Assembly (NCBI GenBank): GCA_963777505.1
Contig: CAVZQN010000004.1
Span: 256,001 to 320,000 of the forward strand
Source: an uncultured bacterium
GTDB lineage: Bacteria; Acidobacteriota; HRBIN11; JAKEFK01
Reading direction: 5' to 3'
Length of the DNA: 64,000 bases
This document shows, piece by piece, positions 1-11,202 of this stretch. Below the pieces are notes generated by a model. That model was not told the DNA's origin and searched no databases. It saw nothing but the letters and a program-made list of their open reading frames with translations. The translations under genes were made by a program, and so were the position numbers. Position 1 is the stretch's first letter, and each line of letters opens with the position of its first letter.

Positions 1-897
1 CCCGCTGGTGAAGTCGATCGCGAGACAATCGAGCAGTTGAAAGCGCTTGGATATTTAGCAGGATCATGGACTCCTGTAAGAGATAAAGAGTTTACGGAAA
101 AAGAAGACCCCAAAAACCTGATTACATTTCATAATCGAACTGATTCAGCACTTTCATTTTACAAACGTGGCTACGATCTAAAAGCCCTGGAGATTCTCGA
201 AAAAATTATTGAAGAAAAACCGGATTATTCCATCGCTTATATGCATGCAAGTTTTATCCGCAGTTCCGGAGGCTTTCCTGACAAGGCTATCGAAATCTTA
301 AAGAAAGCAATTCAGAACGGAATTTTGAATGCGGATGTGCAAGGAAAACTCGGGATCTATTTATATGAAGCAAATCGGTACGATGAAGCGATTCAGCAAC
401 TAAATCTTGCAGTGAAAGAGGATCCAGAGAATTTGGATAATCTTAATTATCTTGGAATGTCTTTAACGGCAGCGGGAAAATACGTTGAAGCTGAACAAGT
501 CTTTCGTAAGGCGTCTGAAGCTGGATTCAACAGATGGTATGACTTTAACAAATATGGGTACGTTATTCTTAACACAGAAAAAATATGATCAAGCGATCAA
601 TGAATTTACAAGCGCTATCTGCGGCGAATCCTTCTCTTGCAAATGCACATAACGGGTTAGGTGTCGCGTATGCGGCTCAAAAAGATTGGCCCAAAGCAAT
701 TGAGTCATGGAAAAAAGCTTTGACGCAGAACAATCAAAATTATGACGCAATGCTGAATCTGGCTTATGCCTATCTCGAAGTTCAAGATAAACCCAATGCC
801 TTACTTATTTCTGCGCGATTTTGAAAAGAATGCACCAGCCTCACGCTATAGAAAAGATCTGGCCCAGGTACGCAACCTGATTAACAAACTGCAATGA
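1..897 (+). CDS. C-terminal part of a sulfatase-like/TPR protein (5' truncated by window; apparent frameshifts near 520-590 and ~820)
   Basis: Starts with 'DRETIEQLKALGYL', the linker seen after the sulfatase domain in the two downstream paralogs, then TPR helices spread over ORFs 37-588, 585-824 and a third frame ending ...LINKLQ* at 897 (ATGA overlap with next gene). Confidence 0.7.
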
Positions 898-3157
898 GAA
901 TCCATCTACTTTGCGTAATACTTTGCGTTTTTGCGGTTTATTCTTGTCGTAAGGATCAACCACAAATACCCAAGGCAAAACCGTCTGTGATTCTGATTTC
1001 GATTGATACGCTGCGGGCCGACTACTTGAAGTTGTACAACGAGAAAGGGATTTCCACTCCGAATGTGGAACAGTTTGCGCGCGAAGGAATCATGTTTCGT
1101 AATGCTGTTGCGCAGGTTCCATACACTCTACCTTCACACGCCACTATGTTGACTGGAATGTATCCTGCAGCTCACCGTGTTAGAGACAATGTTAGAGATA
1201 TTTTGCCTTCAGCGATTCCTACGCTTGCCGAAATTTTCAAAAAGAACGGTTACGACACTGCAGGTTTTGCCGGATCAATGGTGCTTTCTCATCAAACTGG
1301 AATTGCACGCGGATTCGATTATTATGACGATTTTTTCAGCCGCGGGGATGTGCATGCTGAAGATCTCGGTGGAATCGAACGAAAGGCAGAAGAAGTTGTG
1401 CAATCCTTTGAATATTGGATTGATAACCGGCAATCTCAATCTCCCTTTTTTGCATTCATCCATTTCTATGATCCGCACAGTCCTTACAATCCTCCTCCAG
1501 GCTATTCCACATCAAACAAACTTGAGGATTCATATGCGGGCGAAATCAAATATGTAGACTTTGCACTAGGTAAACTGTTTGGCAAATTGAAACAGAAAAC
1601 TGTTTGGAACAACGCGATTGTGTTAATCACTTCAGATCACGGTGAAATGTTGAATGAACATGGCGAACTCGGACATGGATTCTTTTTGTATGAACCTGCA
1701 CTGGCTGTTCCACTTTTGCTGCGCAGTTCTAGCCTGGCTGCTGGTTCATCTGTAGTAGATGTTGTTGAGATCGCTGACCTTTCCCCTACATTGCTGGATC
1801 TGGCAGGAATTCAAATTCCCACTCAAATGCAAGGAGAATCTTTGGTTTCTACTTTCAAAAGAAGGTCGAAAGAAAAAAAATCGTGCAGCGTATGCGGAAT
1901 CTTATTTCGCTTCCTTACAATTTGGGATCAGCCCAATAAAAATGGTTCAAGATGGTGGCCTTAAATATATTGATGCCCCATATCCGGAACTATACGATCT
2001 TGCGTCCGATCCAGGCGAAAGCGCAAATCTTGCTGAAACTCGAAAGAGTGAGGTTCAAAAGTTTCGAACACGACTAATTCAATTTGAAAAAGCAAACGCA
2101 CGTGACTATTCAAAAGAACAAAGAACTGTGACAGCAGAGGAAGCCGAACAATTTGCTGCGATCGGTTATTTAGGTGGTCAAATTCCGGAGAGTAAGTGGG
2201 ACTTTAAAAAAAGATCCAAAGGATTTTATAGATGAATGGGCGTTAAGCCTTGAAGCGACCGCATTGGTGAATCAGAAACAGTATGAAAAAGCATTAGAAA
2301 TGATCAATCAGATTACAAGTAATGCAACAATGCCCTCTTCCTCATTGTTGCTGCTCCAGTCAAAATGTTATGCAGGTCTTGGCAATTTTTCGAAAGCTGA
2401 GCAAATTCTAAAACCCATTTCCGATACACCTGAAGCTTTGACAGCTCTTGCACAGGTTTATGCGTCTTCCGGAAACAAATCACGAGCCGAACAGTTGTAT
2501 TCAAAGGCCCTTGAAAAACAATTCTCATACTTTACGCTTTTTAACTATGTGTTGTTATTGCAAGAATCGGGACAAAAAGAAAAAGCATTCAGTTATTTGG
2601 AAAATGTCCGGAATTCCAGAAAAGATGCCGAACGCTCGAATCCTTTTTTTGCAGAAATGTACATCGCGTTGCAGAATTGGCCGGCCGCAGAATCCACGCT
2701 GCTTCAGCTTTTGGAAAAGCGGCCGTGGGAATCGAAATGGTACAGCGATCTGGCCATGGCTTATCAGGCTCAGGGTAAAATTCAAAATGCCTTTGATTTA
2801 CTTTCTGTGAATCAGGATCGCTTTAAAGACAATGCGGACTATCAGTTACGATTGGGAGTCGTTCTTAATAAAATGGGGGATAAAGCAAAGGAAATTGCAC
2901 TTTTTCAGGATTTTGTGCGAAAATGGCCGGCCGATTCTCGAGGCTACTTTTATTTAGCGAAAGCACTGTTAGATGTGAATCAGGACCCGGCTGCGATTGC
3001 TGGCCTGGTACAAAAGGGACTGGAATTAGAGCCCAGTGCGGATATGAAAATTTTTGGTTACTTTTTACTTGGGAACGCATTTGAACGCCTCGGCAAAACC
3101 CGCGAGGCACAACAGGCGTTTGCGTTTGCGGAACGACTGGAAAAAGGAACTCAATGA
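894..3157 (+). CDS. Sulfatase-like (alkaline phosphatase superfamily) lipoprotein with C-terminal TPRs; frameshifted near 1860 and 2210
   Basis: Lipobox-like VYSC, SIDTLRAD, TLPSH, HFYDPH, SDHGE, HG motifs; ORFs 894-1964, 1759-2235 and 2174-3157 join colinearly with the intact paralog at 3215; breaks lie in A-runs. Confidence 0.8.
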
Positions 3158-3160
3158 ATG

Positions 3161-3204
3161 TTTGTAGTAAGGCACACAGTCGAGCGAATGCGAGACAGTG
3201 CCGT
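3161..3204. repeat. GTAG-type REP-like element, single arm of the family at 18840-18969
   Basis: tttgtagtaaggcac...cgagcgaatgcgag...gccgt matches the left arm of the 18840 element. Confidence 0.6.
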
Positions 3205-3214
3205 TAAATGAATC

Positions 3215-5509
3215 ATGGCGAAAAAAAAGAAACATAAATCAAAACCGGTCCAGCAAACGACGCCATCAACTCCCGCACAGGTAGATTCTGATCGTGGTAA
3301 TAGATGGAAGTTACTGATTCCAATCCTGCTGATTGCAATAATCGCTGCTGGATTTTTCTTTCGTTATAAAGAAAAGTTGTTTTCCAAACTTGGCTCTCCC
3401 GGGACATACAAAGACTACAACATTTTACTGATTACACTCGATACACTTCGTGCCGATCGCCTTCCAGCTTATGGATATGATGGCGTTAAGACGCCTCATT
3501 TAGATAGTCTTACAAAAGAGAGCTACGTGTTTGAAGATGCAGTTTCCCATGTTCCACTCACGTTGCCATCGCATACATCGATGCTTACAGGTAGACTTCC
3601 TATTGGTCATGGTGTTCGGGATAATGCAGGATTTTTGTTGGATCCTGAGGAGCTGACATTCACTGAAATTTTAAAAGATCAAGGTTATGCAACAAGCGCA
3701 TTTGTTTCATCGTTCGTGCTGGATTCAAGATGGCAGTTGAATCAGGGATTTGATATGTACTACGACAATTTCAACCTGGCGCAGTTTCAAGATGTAAATC
3801 CCGGCGACATTCAACGCAAAGCCGAAGAAACTGAAATAGAAGCATCTCACTGGCTGGAAGAAAACAAAAATCGCAAATTTTTTTCATGGGTGCACTATTA
3901 CGATCCACATGAGCCATATGATCCGCCCGAACCATACAAAAGTCAGTATCCCAACAATGCGTATAACGGAGAGATCGCATATACAGATGAGTATGTAGGA
4001 AAGCTTCTGGATAAACTCAAAGAGCTTCAACTTGATGAAAAGACAATCATTATTGTTGCGGGCGATCACGGTGAAGGACTCGGCCAGCACAATGAAGCGA
4101 CCCACGCAATGTTTATTTACAACACGACTCAACATGTGCCTTTTTTTATTCATGTTCCTGATGGCGGTGCATCGCGCGTCAAGGGTGTCGTTCGTCTCAT
4201 CGATATGATGCCTACTTTACTGGAATTGCTAGGCATGCCAGTTCCAAAATCAGTTCAAGGCAAAAGTTTGATTCCGATGATGCAAGGTAAGGAAGACTTA
4301 AAACGAACCGCCTATAGCGAAAGTGTTTATGCTGAACTTCATTATGGATGGAGTCCGCTCGAAAGTATTACCACGCATCAGTATAAATACATTCAAGCGC
4401 CGGATTCTGAACTTTACGACCGGCTAAGCGATCCAGGCGAAACGAAAAACCTGATTAAAGAAAAATCATCCATTGCGAAAGTTCTTAAGGACCAGCTTCA
4501 AGAGATTCTTACTTCAAATTCGCGCAAGAATTTATCGGGTCCAGTGAAAATGGATCCTGATACTGAAGAAAAACTGAGAGCACTCGGTTATATAGGTGGG
4601 ACTGCTGTTGCGACTGCTGAAAGCAGGAAAATTGATCCAAAAAGTAAGATTCATTTAGCTCGCGCAATATCTGAGTCTTTTGCAGCCCTTCGTGCAAAAA
4701 ACTTCAAACATTCACTTGAAAGGATTATTCCTGTTCTTGAAGAAGATCCAAGCATGATTGATGCTCATTTTTGCGCAGGAGTAACCTATATCGGAATGAA
4801 CCAATTGGACAAAGCGATTGATGAACTCTTAAAAACAATTGCGCTTCGTCCCGATCATACAATGGCTATTTACAACACTGGTTACGCTTACGAATTAAAA
4901 CAAGATTTAAAGACCGCAAAAGAATGGTATGAGAAAGTATTAAATTACGAACAAAAGCATTTATTCGCGACTCTGAAACTCGCAAATATCTATCGAATGT
5001 TAGAACAACCCGAGAAAGCGCGGCCTTTTTATTTACAAGCTGTTCAGTCGTATGAGGAAGCATTACAAGCAACAAAAGGTGAAAAATCCAGAGGTGCACT
5101 TTTTACAACTCTGGGAGAAATGAATTTTGGAGCAGGGGATATTATTTCAGCGGAACGGAATTTTAAAGAGGCGATTCAACTGACACCTGATGCTCCTGAT
5201 TTGTATTACAATCTCGCCCAGATCTATGAAGTGAAAGGGGAAGTGCCGTACGCAGTTGATGCATATAAAAAGGAAATTGAAGTAGCTCCTACGAATCTAA
5301 AAGCTTTTAACAATCTTGGACTTATTTACAGAAATACAAACCGCCTGAATGAGGCGGTAGTTTGTTTTCAAAAAGTTGTAGAACTCAATCCCGCAGAGCC
5401 CCGAGGTTATATTCTGCTGGCTTCCACGTATCAACGCCTAGGCAGAAATTCAGAGGCTGGAAAAATTATTCAGGACGCGCGTGAACGGGGTATCCAGGTC
5501 AATCGCTAG
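3215..5509 (+). CDS. Membrane-anchored sulfatase-like hydrolase/transferase with C-terminal TPRs
   Basis: N-terminal TM helix, TLDTLRAD, PLTLPSHTSMLTG, HYYDPHEP, GDHGE, LRALGY linker, multiple TPRs. Confidence 0.88.
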   Translation: MAKKKKHKSKPVQQTTPSTPAQVDSDRGNRWKLLIPILLIAIIAAGFFFRYKEKLFSKLGSPGTYKDYNILLITLDTLRADRLPAYGYDGVKTPHLDSLTKESYVFEDAVSHVPLTLPSHTSMLTGRLPIGHGVRDNAGFLLDPEELTFTEILKDQGYATSAFVSSFVLDSRWQLNQGFDMYYDNFNLAQFQDVNPGDIQRKAEETEIEASHWLEENKNRKFFSWVHYYDPHEPYDPPEPYKSQYPNNAYNGEIAYTDEYVGKLLDKLKELQLDEKTIIIVAGDHGEGLGQHNEATHAMFIYNTTQHVPFFIHVPDGGASRVKGVVRLIDMMPTLLELLGMPVPKSVQGKSLIPMMQGKEDLKRTAYSESVYAELHYGWSPLESITTHQYKYIQAPDSELYDRLSDPGETKNLIKEKSSIAKVLKDQLQEILTSNSRKNLSGPVKMDPDTEEKLRALGYIGGTAVATAESRKIDPKSKIHLARAISESFAALRAKNFKHSLERIIPVLEEDPSMIDAHFCAGVTYIGMNQLDKAIDELLKTIALRPDHTMAIYNTGYAYELKQDLKTAKEWYEKVLNYEQKHLFATLKLANIYRMLEQPEKARPFYLQAVQSYEEALQATKGEKSRGALFTTLGEMNFGAGDIISAERNFKEAIQLTPDAPDLYYNLAQIYEVKGEVPYAVDAYKKEIEVAPTNLKAFNNLGLIYRNTNRLNEAVVCFQKVVELNPAEPRGYILLASTYQRLGRNSEAGKIIQDARERGIQVNR

Positions 5510-5518
5510 AGGTTAATT

Positions 5519-7642
5519 ATGAAACGCATTTTATCTATTTTTTCTATTTTTGTTCTTCTTCTCTTTCTTGTTCCTCTCATCGCACAAGAAGTGAAAAAGG
5601 ATGATCAGCAGTTGCAGCTACTTGAATCTCATCAGAAGTTTCTAGATGTCGCTCATTGGATTATTTCAGACTATGAGAAGACGGCCTTTTTTTCATTAAA
5701 GAGTAATGATGAACGCGAACGATTCATTGCGGCATTCTGGGAAAACAGGGATCCAACTCCCGGTACACAGAAGAATGAATTTAGGGAAGAACATCGCGCA
5801 CGTTTCGAATATGCAACAAAGCAATACGGTCGCGATACAGCACTACCTGGCTGGAACACGGACCGTGGCAAAGTGTACATCCTGTTAGGAAAACCCAGTT
5901 TCATTAAAAGGAATCCGGCACCTTTTGAACTGCACCCCAACGAGTTATGGCAATACGCCGGTTATAGAGGATTCGGACTCCCTAATTCAATGTATTTTGT
6001 ATTCTTCCAGGAAAATGGGGTAGGAACGTATAAGTTGTATTCGCCGCTTAATGACGGTATTCGAGAGCTTTTCGTTCAGCGAAGTGATGTCGTTAGTAAA
6101 ACAGAAGAAGAATTATTCGATAAGATTCAGCTTGAGATAGGAGATCCCGATCTTGCTCATGCAGCTTTCAGTTCAATTCCAACAGAAGGCGGAGATCCAA
6201 GTCAGTTCATCAATAGCGGAAGTATTTCCGCTGAGATGATTCAAGCAAAACTACAGAACGCCCGGAATTATGATTTGCCGAAACGGAAGTATGTTGAATC
6301 CTTCACCAAGGAGCTGCCCAATGTTACCGTTTATACTTCTTTGGATTCTGAAGGAGTCTATGAAGAGTTGTTTTGGTTTAGAGCATCAAATGGAAATTAT
6401 TACATTGATTATGCCATTGAGTTTGAGCCTGACAAGCTGGATATGGGTCAGTACATTGATGAATATTACACTTCGCTCAGTCTAGATGGTTCTATTTCAA
6501 CAACCGATCAGAAAGTGGAACTCGATGAGATTGTCGGAGCGCATGAAATTAAGTTGAAGCCGGATCAATTTGCGAAGATTCAGTCGATCCCATTTCAGTA
6601 TCAAGGAAGGCGTCCGATTGTGCCCGGCAAATATGCCATTACGTTGATTATGAATAACAATGTTTCGAGGCGAAGCATCACATTTTCACATAATGTCGAT
6701 ATTCCAGATATGTCTACTGTAACGTCGCCTGTATTTTCACCACTCATACCGGTGCGTTCAGCTGAAAATGTTCCAAATTCTGAAAAGCTGCGCCCATTTG
6801 AATTTGGCGACAAGATTTTTATACCCAATCTTCATTCACGGTTTTCTCAAAAAGGGAATGTTGCGTTCTATCATCAGGTAATTTTTCCGGATAGCTATTT
6901 GGGCGGGATCGGCTCACTGAGCTTACGCTACCTTGTCATGAATGGTGAAACCATAGAGAAGGAGTTTACTGAACCTCTGAATTTGAAATCCGACGATCTA
7001 GCTGGAAATGCAATTGATGTGGTCAAAGACGTTCCGGCGATCAATCTGTCATTCGGAGATAAGAAGCTTGTTGTGGAATTGCGCCAGGAAGACAAAGTGG
7101 TTGCTCGATCTCAGCCTGCGCCATTTTTGATTCAACCTGAAGCAGTTTCTGGAGTTTGGAAGTTTGCGGTTGCGATTCCTAACTTTGACTCTCCGTATCA
7201 CAGCTATACTCTTGCTCAGCAATATTTACGGCTCAATCGTCCTAAGGATGCCGTAGTCTTACTTGAAGAAGCTTTTCAACAGAATCCTGATTCGCCTGAA
7301 GTTAGAACACAATTAATGCGTGTTGCATTGAAAGGACGAGATTTTCAACGCGTCCTTGATCTTGGAACGCCCGTTGAAGTCAAAAATCCACGGAATACAG
7401 AAATGTTGTGGCTTCTTGGCTGGGCATATTATGGAATGCAAAAGTATGAAGATGCTGTGCGATTCTTTGAAAGATTAAGAATTGAAGAGCCGAAAAAAGT
7501 GGAAGTCTTTAATCTTCTTGCTGATATCTACTACAGGTTGGATCAAAGGGAAAAATCACTTGAACGGATCCAGCAATCATTAGCACTCAAACCAGATCAA
7601 AAAGATATTGTTGAACTGAAGAAAAAGGTTGAATCGAACTAA
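5519..7642 (+). CDS. GWxTD domain protein with C-terminal TPRs
   Basis: Signal peptide, FWENRDPTPGT-x-NEF, PGWNTDRGKVYILLGKP signature. Confidence 0.9.
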   Translation: MKRILSIFSIFVLLLFLVPLIAQEVKKDDQQLQLLESHQKFLDVAHWIISDYEKTAFFSLKSNDERERFIAAFWENRDPTPGTQKNEFREEHRARFEYATKQYGRDTALPGWNTDRGKVYILLGKPSFIKRNPAPFELHPNELWQYAGYRGFGLPNSMYFVFFQENGVGTYKLYSPLNDGIRELFVQRSDVVSKTEEELFDKIQLEIGDPDLAHAAFSSIPTEGGDPSQFINSGSISAEMIQAKLQNARNYDLPKRKYVESFTKELPNVTVYTSLDSEGVYEELFWFRASNGNYYIDYAIEFEPDKLDMGQYIDEYYTSLSLDGSISTTDQKVELDEIVGAHEIKLKPDQFAKIQSIPFQYQGRRPIVPGKYAITLIMNNNVSRRSITFSHNVDIPDMSTVTSPVFSPLIPVRSAENVPNSEKLRPFEFGDKIFIPNLHSRFSQKGNVAFYHQVIFPDSYLGGIGSLSLRYLVMNGETIEKEFTEPLNLKSDDLAGNAIDVVKDVPAINLSFGDKKLVVELRQEDKVVARSQPAPFLIQPEAVSGVWKFAVAIPNFDSPYHSYTLAQQYLRLNRPKDAVVLLEEAFQQNPDSPEVRTQLMRVALKGRDFQRVLDLGTPVEVKNPRNTEMLWLLGWAYYGMQKYEDAVRFFERLRIEEPKKVEVFNLLADIYYRLDQREKSLERIQQSLALKPDQKDIVELKKKVESN

Positions 7643-7691
7643 GGAGCGCAGGCTCCGGAGCGCGGGCAAGGGAGCCTGCGCCCGACGCTCC
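7643..7691. repeat. REP-like GC-rich palindrome between convergent genes (possible bidirectional terminator)
   Basis: ggagcgcaggctcc...ggagcctgcg...gctcc; shares ggagcgc/gcgctcc-type ends with elements at 11139, 25873, 56403. Confidence 0.55.
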
Positions 7692-7699
7692 GATAACTC

Positions 7700-8158
7700 T
7701 CAATGCGAATGGTCGTGGTCTTCCATCTTTTCTGCGATGTGATCACGCAATAACTTTTTCTGTTCCGGTGTTAAGTCGTTATAGAACTCATCAATTCGGC
7801 CAACGAATTGATGGGCAAGTTGAGCGTATGAATCGATCTGTTGATCGATTATCGGTCTAAGCTTGCTAAATTCGGGATTCTCTTTTGCAAGTTCATCCTT
7901 CACGATCTGGTGGATTTCTTCGTGTTTGTCTTTGCGTTGATCCATCACTGCTTCGATGTCAGTTTTGAAAGTATCGAGTTTAGCCCTTTGACTTTCGTTT
8001 AGATTCAACTCTTTGGTGAGTTTTTCCATCCGGTATTCCAAAAATTCTTTGGCCATACCATGGCGGTGTCCTCTAAAACCGAATGACTGAGCTACATCAG
8101 TCGTAAGAAATAACGCGGCGATTCCTGCGGGAATCAGTAACAACCATAATTTCTTCAT
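7700..8158 (-). CDS. Spy/CpxP-family periplasmic protein
   Basis: Signal peptide, ELNLNESQ and LTPEQ motifs, His-rich tail, divergent from a two-component pair; GGAGG RBS upstream. Confidence 0.8.
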   Translation of the reverse strand: MKKLWLLLIPAGIAALFLTTDVAQSFGFRGHRHGMAKEFLEYRMEKLTKELNLNESQRAKLDTFKTDIEAVMDQRKDKHEEIHQIVKDELAKENPEFSKLRPIIDQQIDSYAQLAHQFVGRIDEFYNDLTPEQKKLLRDHIAEKMEDHDHSH

Positions 8159-8220
8159 TTTCAAAAGCCTCCTAGTTTTTGTGACTTCATCAATACAGTA
8201 CGATGCTATCTTTGCCTGTC

Positions 8221-8247
8221 CTTTAAGGATTTGTTAAGAAATGTAAA
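8221..8247. promoter_or_regulatory. Candidate OmpR/CpxR-type tandem binding site
   Basis: ttaag-N6-ttaag-N4-gtaaa direct repeats in the divergent intergenic region. Confidence 0.35.
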
Positions 8248-8308
8248 TGCGCTGGGGTACGGACGTGGCGAGGATCTATAATTGCTCATTAACCACAAAG
8301 AAACAAAG

Positions 8309-9004
8309 ATGAGCATACCGATACTCCTAATTGATGATGACAAGAAGCTTTCGGATTTATTAAAGAAGTACATGGAAGGGCATGGCTACAGCCTTGTTGT
8401 GGGAAATAATGCGCATGATGGATTAAGATTTTTGAGAGGACAGGAATTTGAGGCTGTGTTGCTCGACATTATGCTTCCTGATGGTGATGGACTTGAGGTT
8501 TGCAAAAAAATCCGCAATGAATCTTCAATTCCAATTTTGATGCTAACTGCGCGCGGTGCCGATGAAGACAAGATTATCGGACTCGAACTTGGCGCAGATG
8601 ATTACATAGCGAAGCCGTTTAACCCGAGGGAACTTGTTGCGCGCTTGAAAGCAGTACTTCGTAGAAAAGGCGCAACAAAATGGGAAGGTGATTCAGGACT
8701 GATTGAATATCCTGATTTCCAACTGAATCCTTCCAATCAAACCTTAATCGTTCGAAAGAATGAGATTGAATTGACATCAGCCGAGTTCAGACTCCTTAAA
8801 GTACTTTGTTCAAATCCTGGAAGAGTTTTTACAAGAGAACGATTGATGGACCTTGTTCAAAATCGTGATTTTGATGGGATCGATCGTTCTATCGACGTTC
8901 ATATATCCAGACTGAGAAACAAAATTGAGCAAGATCCGAAAAAGCCACGATGGATCAAAACCGTTTGGGGTTCAGGATATCGGTTTGAACCTCCGACTTC
9001 ATAA
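8309..9004 (+). CDS. OmpR/CpxR-family response regulator
   Basis: Receiver (IDDD, LLDIMLP, MLTA, GADDYIAKPF) and winged helix (RSIDVHISRLRNKIE, IKTVWGSGY). Confidence 0.95.
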   Translation: MSIPILLIDDDKKLSDLLKKYMEGHGYSLVVGNNAHDGLRFLRGQEFEAVLLDIMLPDGDGLEVCKKIRNESSIPILMLTARGADEDKIIGLELGADDYIAKPFNPRELVARLKAVLRRKGATKWEGDSGLIEYPDFQLNPSNQTLIVRKNEIELTSAEFRLLKVLCSNPGRVFTRERLMDLVQNRDFDGIDRSIDVHISRLRNKIEQDPKKPRWIKTVWGSGYRFEPPTS

Positions 9005-9010
9005 GAAATT

Positions 9011-10384
9011 ATGTTTGGCCGCATCTACTTAAAAATATATTTATCGTTTCTAGTCATCTTTCTGATCACGATGATTATTGTGATCATGCTATCCGCTCAT
9101 TTTTATTCGAGAGATTTTAAGAATGAGTTGCATGGAATTTTTCTCTCGCATGCCCGCTTTCTTGCCGATCAGTATGGTAGAGATTGTGGAAGTTCAAACA
9201 CAGTCTCTTCGGATTCATGTCACAAGTTTTTTGTGAATCTTGAAAAACTGGAAGGCTTGAGACTGTGGGTTGTAGATCCTAAAGGCGATCTCATTTTAAC
9301 ACCGGAGAAACGTAAGGTTCAGATCGCACCCGAAGAAATGACACGTGCAGTTCAAGATGGCGATGTGCTTTTGCACCGGCGGCGAGCCCCAGCACGAATT
9401 ATTGTGCAAGTACCGAATCTCGATCCATCACAGCAGCGGTTTCTTGTTTTAGAAACATCTTTTTCTGGAAGACGTCATTTTCCCCGTTTCCCATTTGTTA
9501 CCTCGATGATCCTTGCTGGAGGCATTATTGCTTTGTTGATTCTTCCGCTATCGCTTCGAATTACGAGACCACTCAGACAACTTCACAGTCTTGCGCGCGA
9601 GTGGGCAGAAGGTCGTTTAGATCGCAGGGCGAAAATTCGCGGCAAAGATGAAATTGCACAATTAGGTTCTGTATTTAACAGCATGGCGGAGAATTTACAA
9701 AAAACACTCGAGCAACGTAAAGAATTTCTTGCGCTCATTTCACACGAACTGAAAAGTCCTCTTGCAAGAATGCGCATAGCCCTGGAATTGATCGCTGAAA
9801 AAAATGAAGATAAAACTGAAACGATTGAGATTATTGACGGGATCAAAGGTGAAATAACTGAGAGCGAAAAATTGATTGAGCAACTCCTGGTTCTTTCACG
9901 CGTCGAAATGACTCTGCCGTCATCGATTCGGGAGCCTTTCGATGCGACTGCAGTTGCCAGACAGGCAGCCGATCAAGTATTGCCGTTAGCGCAAGCCGCA
10001 CATATCAAGATTGATGTAAACGCGTCGCAAGTTGCGCCGATTCGTGGAGATTCCACACAAATTCTTAGAGCTCTCGTTAATGTACTGGAAAATGCGATCA
10101 AGTTCTCAACGGAAGGATCCACAGTTTCATTAAAAGTTGAACAACGGCAGAATGGGATCGAAGTTTCTGTTGCAGATTCTGGCACAGGAATTCCGGCAGA
10201 TGAACGCGAAAAAATCTTCGAACCATTTTATCGAGGCACTCACAACGGCGATAAAGAAGGATCAGGGCTGGGATTGTACATAGCGCGCAAAATTGTTGAA
10301 CTTCATGGCGGCACAATCCGTGCTGAATCAAACGGAACTGCAGGTACAATCATTCGCATTAACCTGCCGGCTAGACTTGATTGA
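9011..10384 (+). CDS. HAMP-domain sensor histidine kinase
   Basis: Two TM helices, HAMP (DEIAQLG), H-box SHELKSPL, N/G1/F/G2 boxes. Confidence 0.95.
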   Translation: MFGRIYLKIYLSFLVIFLITMIIVIMLSAHFYSRDFKNELHGIFLSHARFLADQYGRDCGSSNTVSSDSCHKFFVNLEKLEGLRLWVVDPKGDLILTPEKRKVQIAPEEMTRAVQDGDVLLHRRRAPARIIVQVPNLDPSQQRFLVLETSFSGRRHFPRFPFVTSMILAGGIIALLILPLSLRITRPLRQLHSLAREWAEGRLDRRAKIRGKDEIAQLGSVFNSMAENLQKTLEQRKEFLALISHELKSPLARMRIALELIAEKNEDKTETIEIIDGIKGEITESEKLIEQLLVLSRVEMTLPSSIREPFDATAVARQAADQVLPLAQAAHIKIDVNASQVAPIRGDSTQILRALVNVLENAIKFSTEGSTVSLKVEQRQNGIEVSVADSGTGIPADEREKIFEPFYRGTHNGDKEGSGLGLYIARKIVELHGGTIRAESNGTAGTIIRINLPARLD

Positions 10385-10458
10385 AGAGTTCAACACGAAG
10401 GCTCAAAGTCACTAAACATTAGATAGTGAACTTCGTGTCTTTGCGCCTTAGTGTTGAA

Positions 10459-11088
10459 TTAAGGTTGGCCCGTAGTGAAACGAAGCTGATAATCTTTAAG
10501 ACTGCAGCGGATCACTTCATGCGCTTCATCACGATCATATACATCAGCGATCTCAACTACATTTTGCGGAGAACCGGGCTGAAGTTTATAAGTCAGGAAG
10601 TAATGTTTTAAGCGATCAATCAAAGAGGCGGGACAGTCCTTAATCTTTCTCCATTCACCATAAATGCTATCGCCATCCAATACAGCGATAATTTTGTCAT
10701 CTGCTTGATTCTTGTCGATCATCCGCAAGCCGCCGATCGGAACAGCACGAAGAAGAATGTCACCATGTGTGAATGTTTTTTCGGACAACACACAAATATC
10801 CATTGGATCGCCGTCACCTACAATTCCAGTTTTGCCGGTCTTTGACATGCAGAAATTACCAACTTCCTGGCCGCAATACGTTTGTGGAATGAAACCATAC
10901 AACGACGGGCAAACGTTGGAGAAAAGCTGCGGACGATCCACCTTCAAAATGCCTGAGCTTTTGTCCAGCTCGTATTTTAGGGTATCAGTTTGAACAATCT
11001 CGATGTATGTGTTCACAGTGTCCGGCGCTGAATCGCCTGCCGAAACTCCATGCCATGGATGCGCTCGATGAAGTGAAGAAGGTTCCAT
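10459..11088 (-). CDS. ppa: Inorganic pyrophosphatase (family I)
   Basis: HPWH, KYELDK, YGFIPQT, DGDPMD, DDKIIAV; start trimmed because the upstream extension is a REP element. Confidence 0.93.
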   Translation of the reverse strand: MEPSSLHRAHPWHGVSAGDSAPDTVNTYIEIVQTDTLKYELDKSSGILKVDRPQLFSNVCPSLYGFIPQTYCGQEVGNFCMSKTGKTGIVGDGDPMDICVLSEKTFTHGDILLRAVPIGGLRMIDKNQADDKIIAVLDGDSIYGEWRKIKDCPASLIDRLKHYFLTYKLQPGSPQNVVEIADVYDRDEAHEVIRCSLKDYQLRFTTGQP

Positions 11089-11138
11089 GAGTTCAAGTAT
11101 ATAGGGCGATTGCAAATTGTAAATTTCATAATTTTTGA

Positions 11139-11190
11139 TGCAGGCAGGGATGCCTGCGGCCCGTAATGCGGACAAGGATGTCCGCGCTCC
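11139..11190. repeat. REP-like double hairpin (family A, reverse orientation)
   Basis: Reverse complement nearly identical to the starts of the elements at 25875 and 56403 (ggagcgcggacatc..tgtccgcatta.gggccgcaggcatc..gcctgca). Confidence 0.8.
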
Positions 11191-11202
11191 GTAAAGTAAG
11201 AG

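Noticed and set aside
1-2235. Multiple frameshifts suggesting pseudogenes or programmed frameshifting in the sulfatase-TPR genes
   Set aside because: Single-base shifts, several in homopolymer runs, with no other decay and clustered at the window edge; best explained as sequencing or assembly errors
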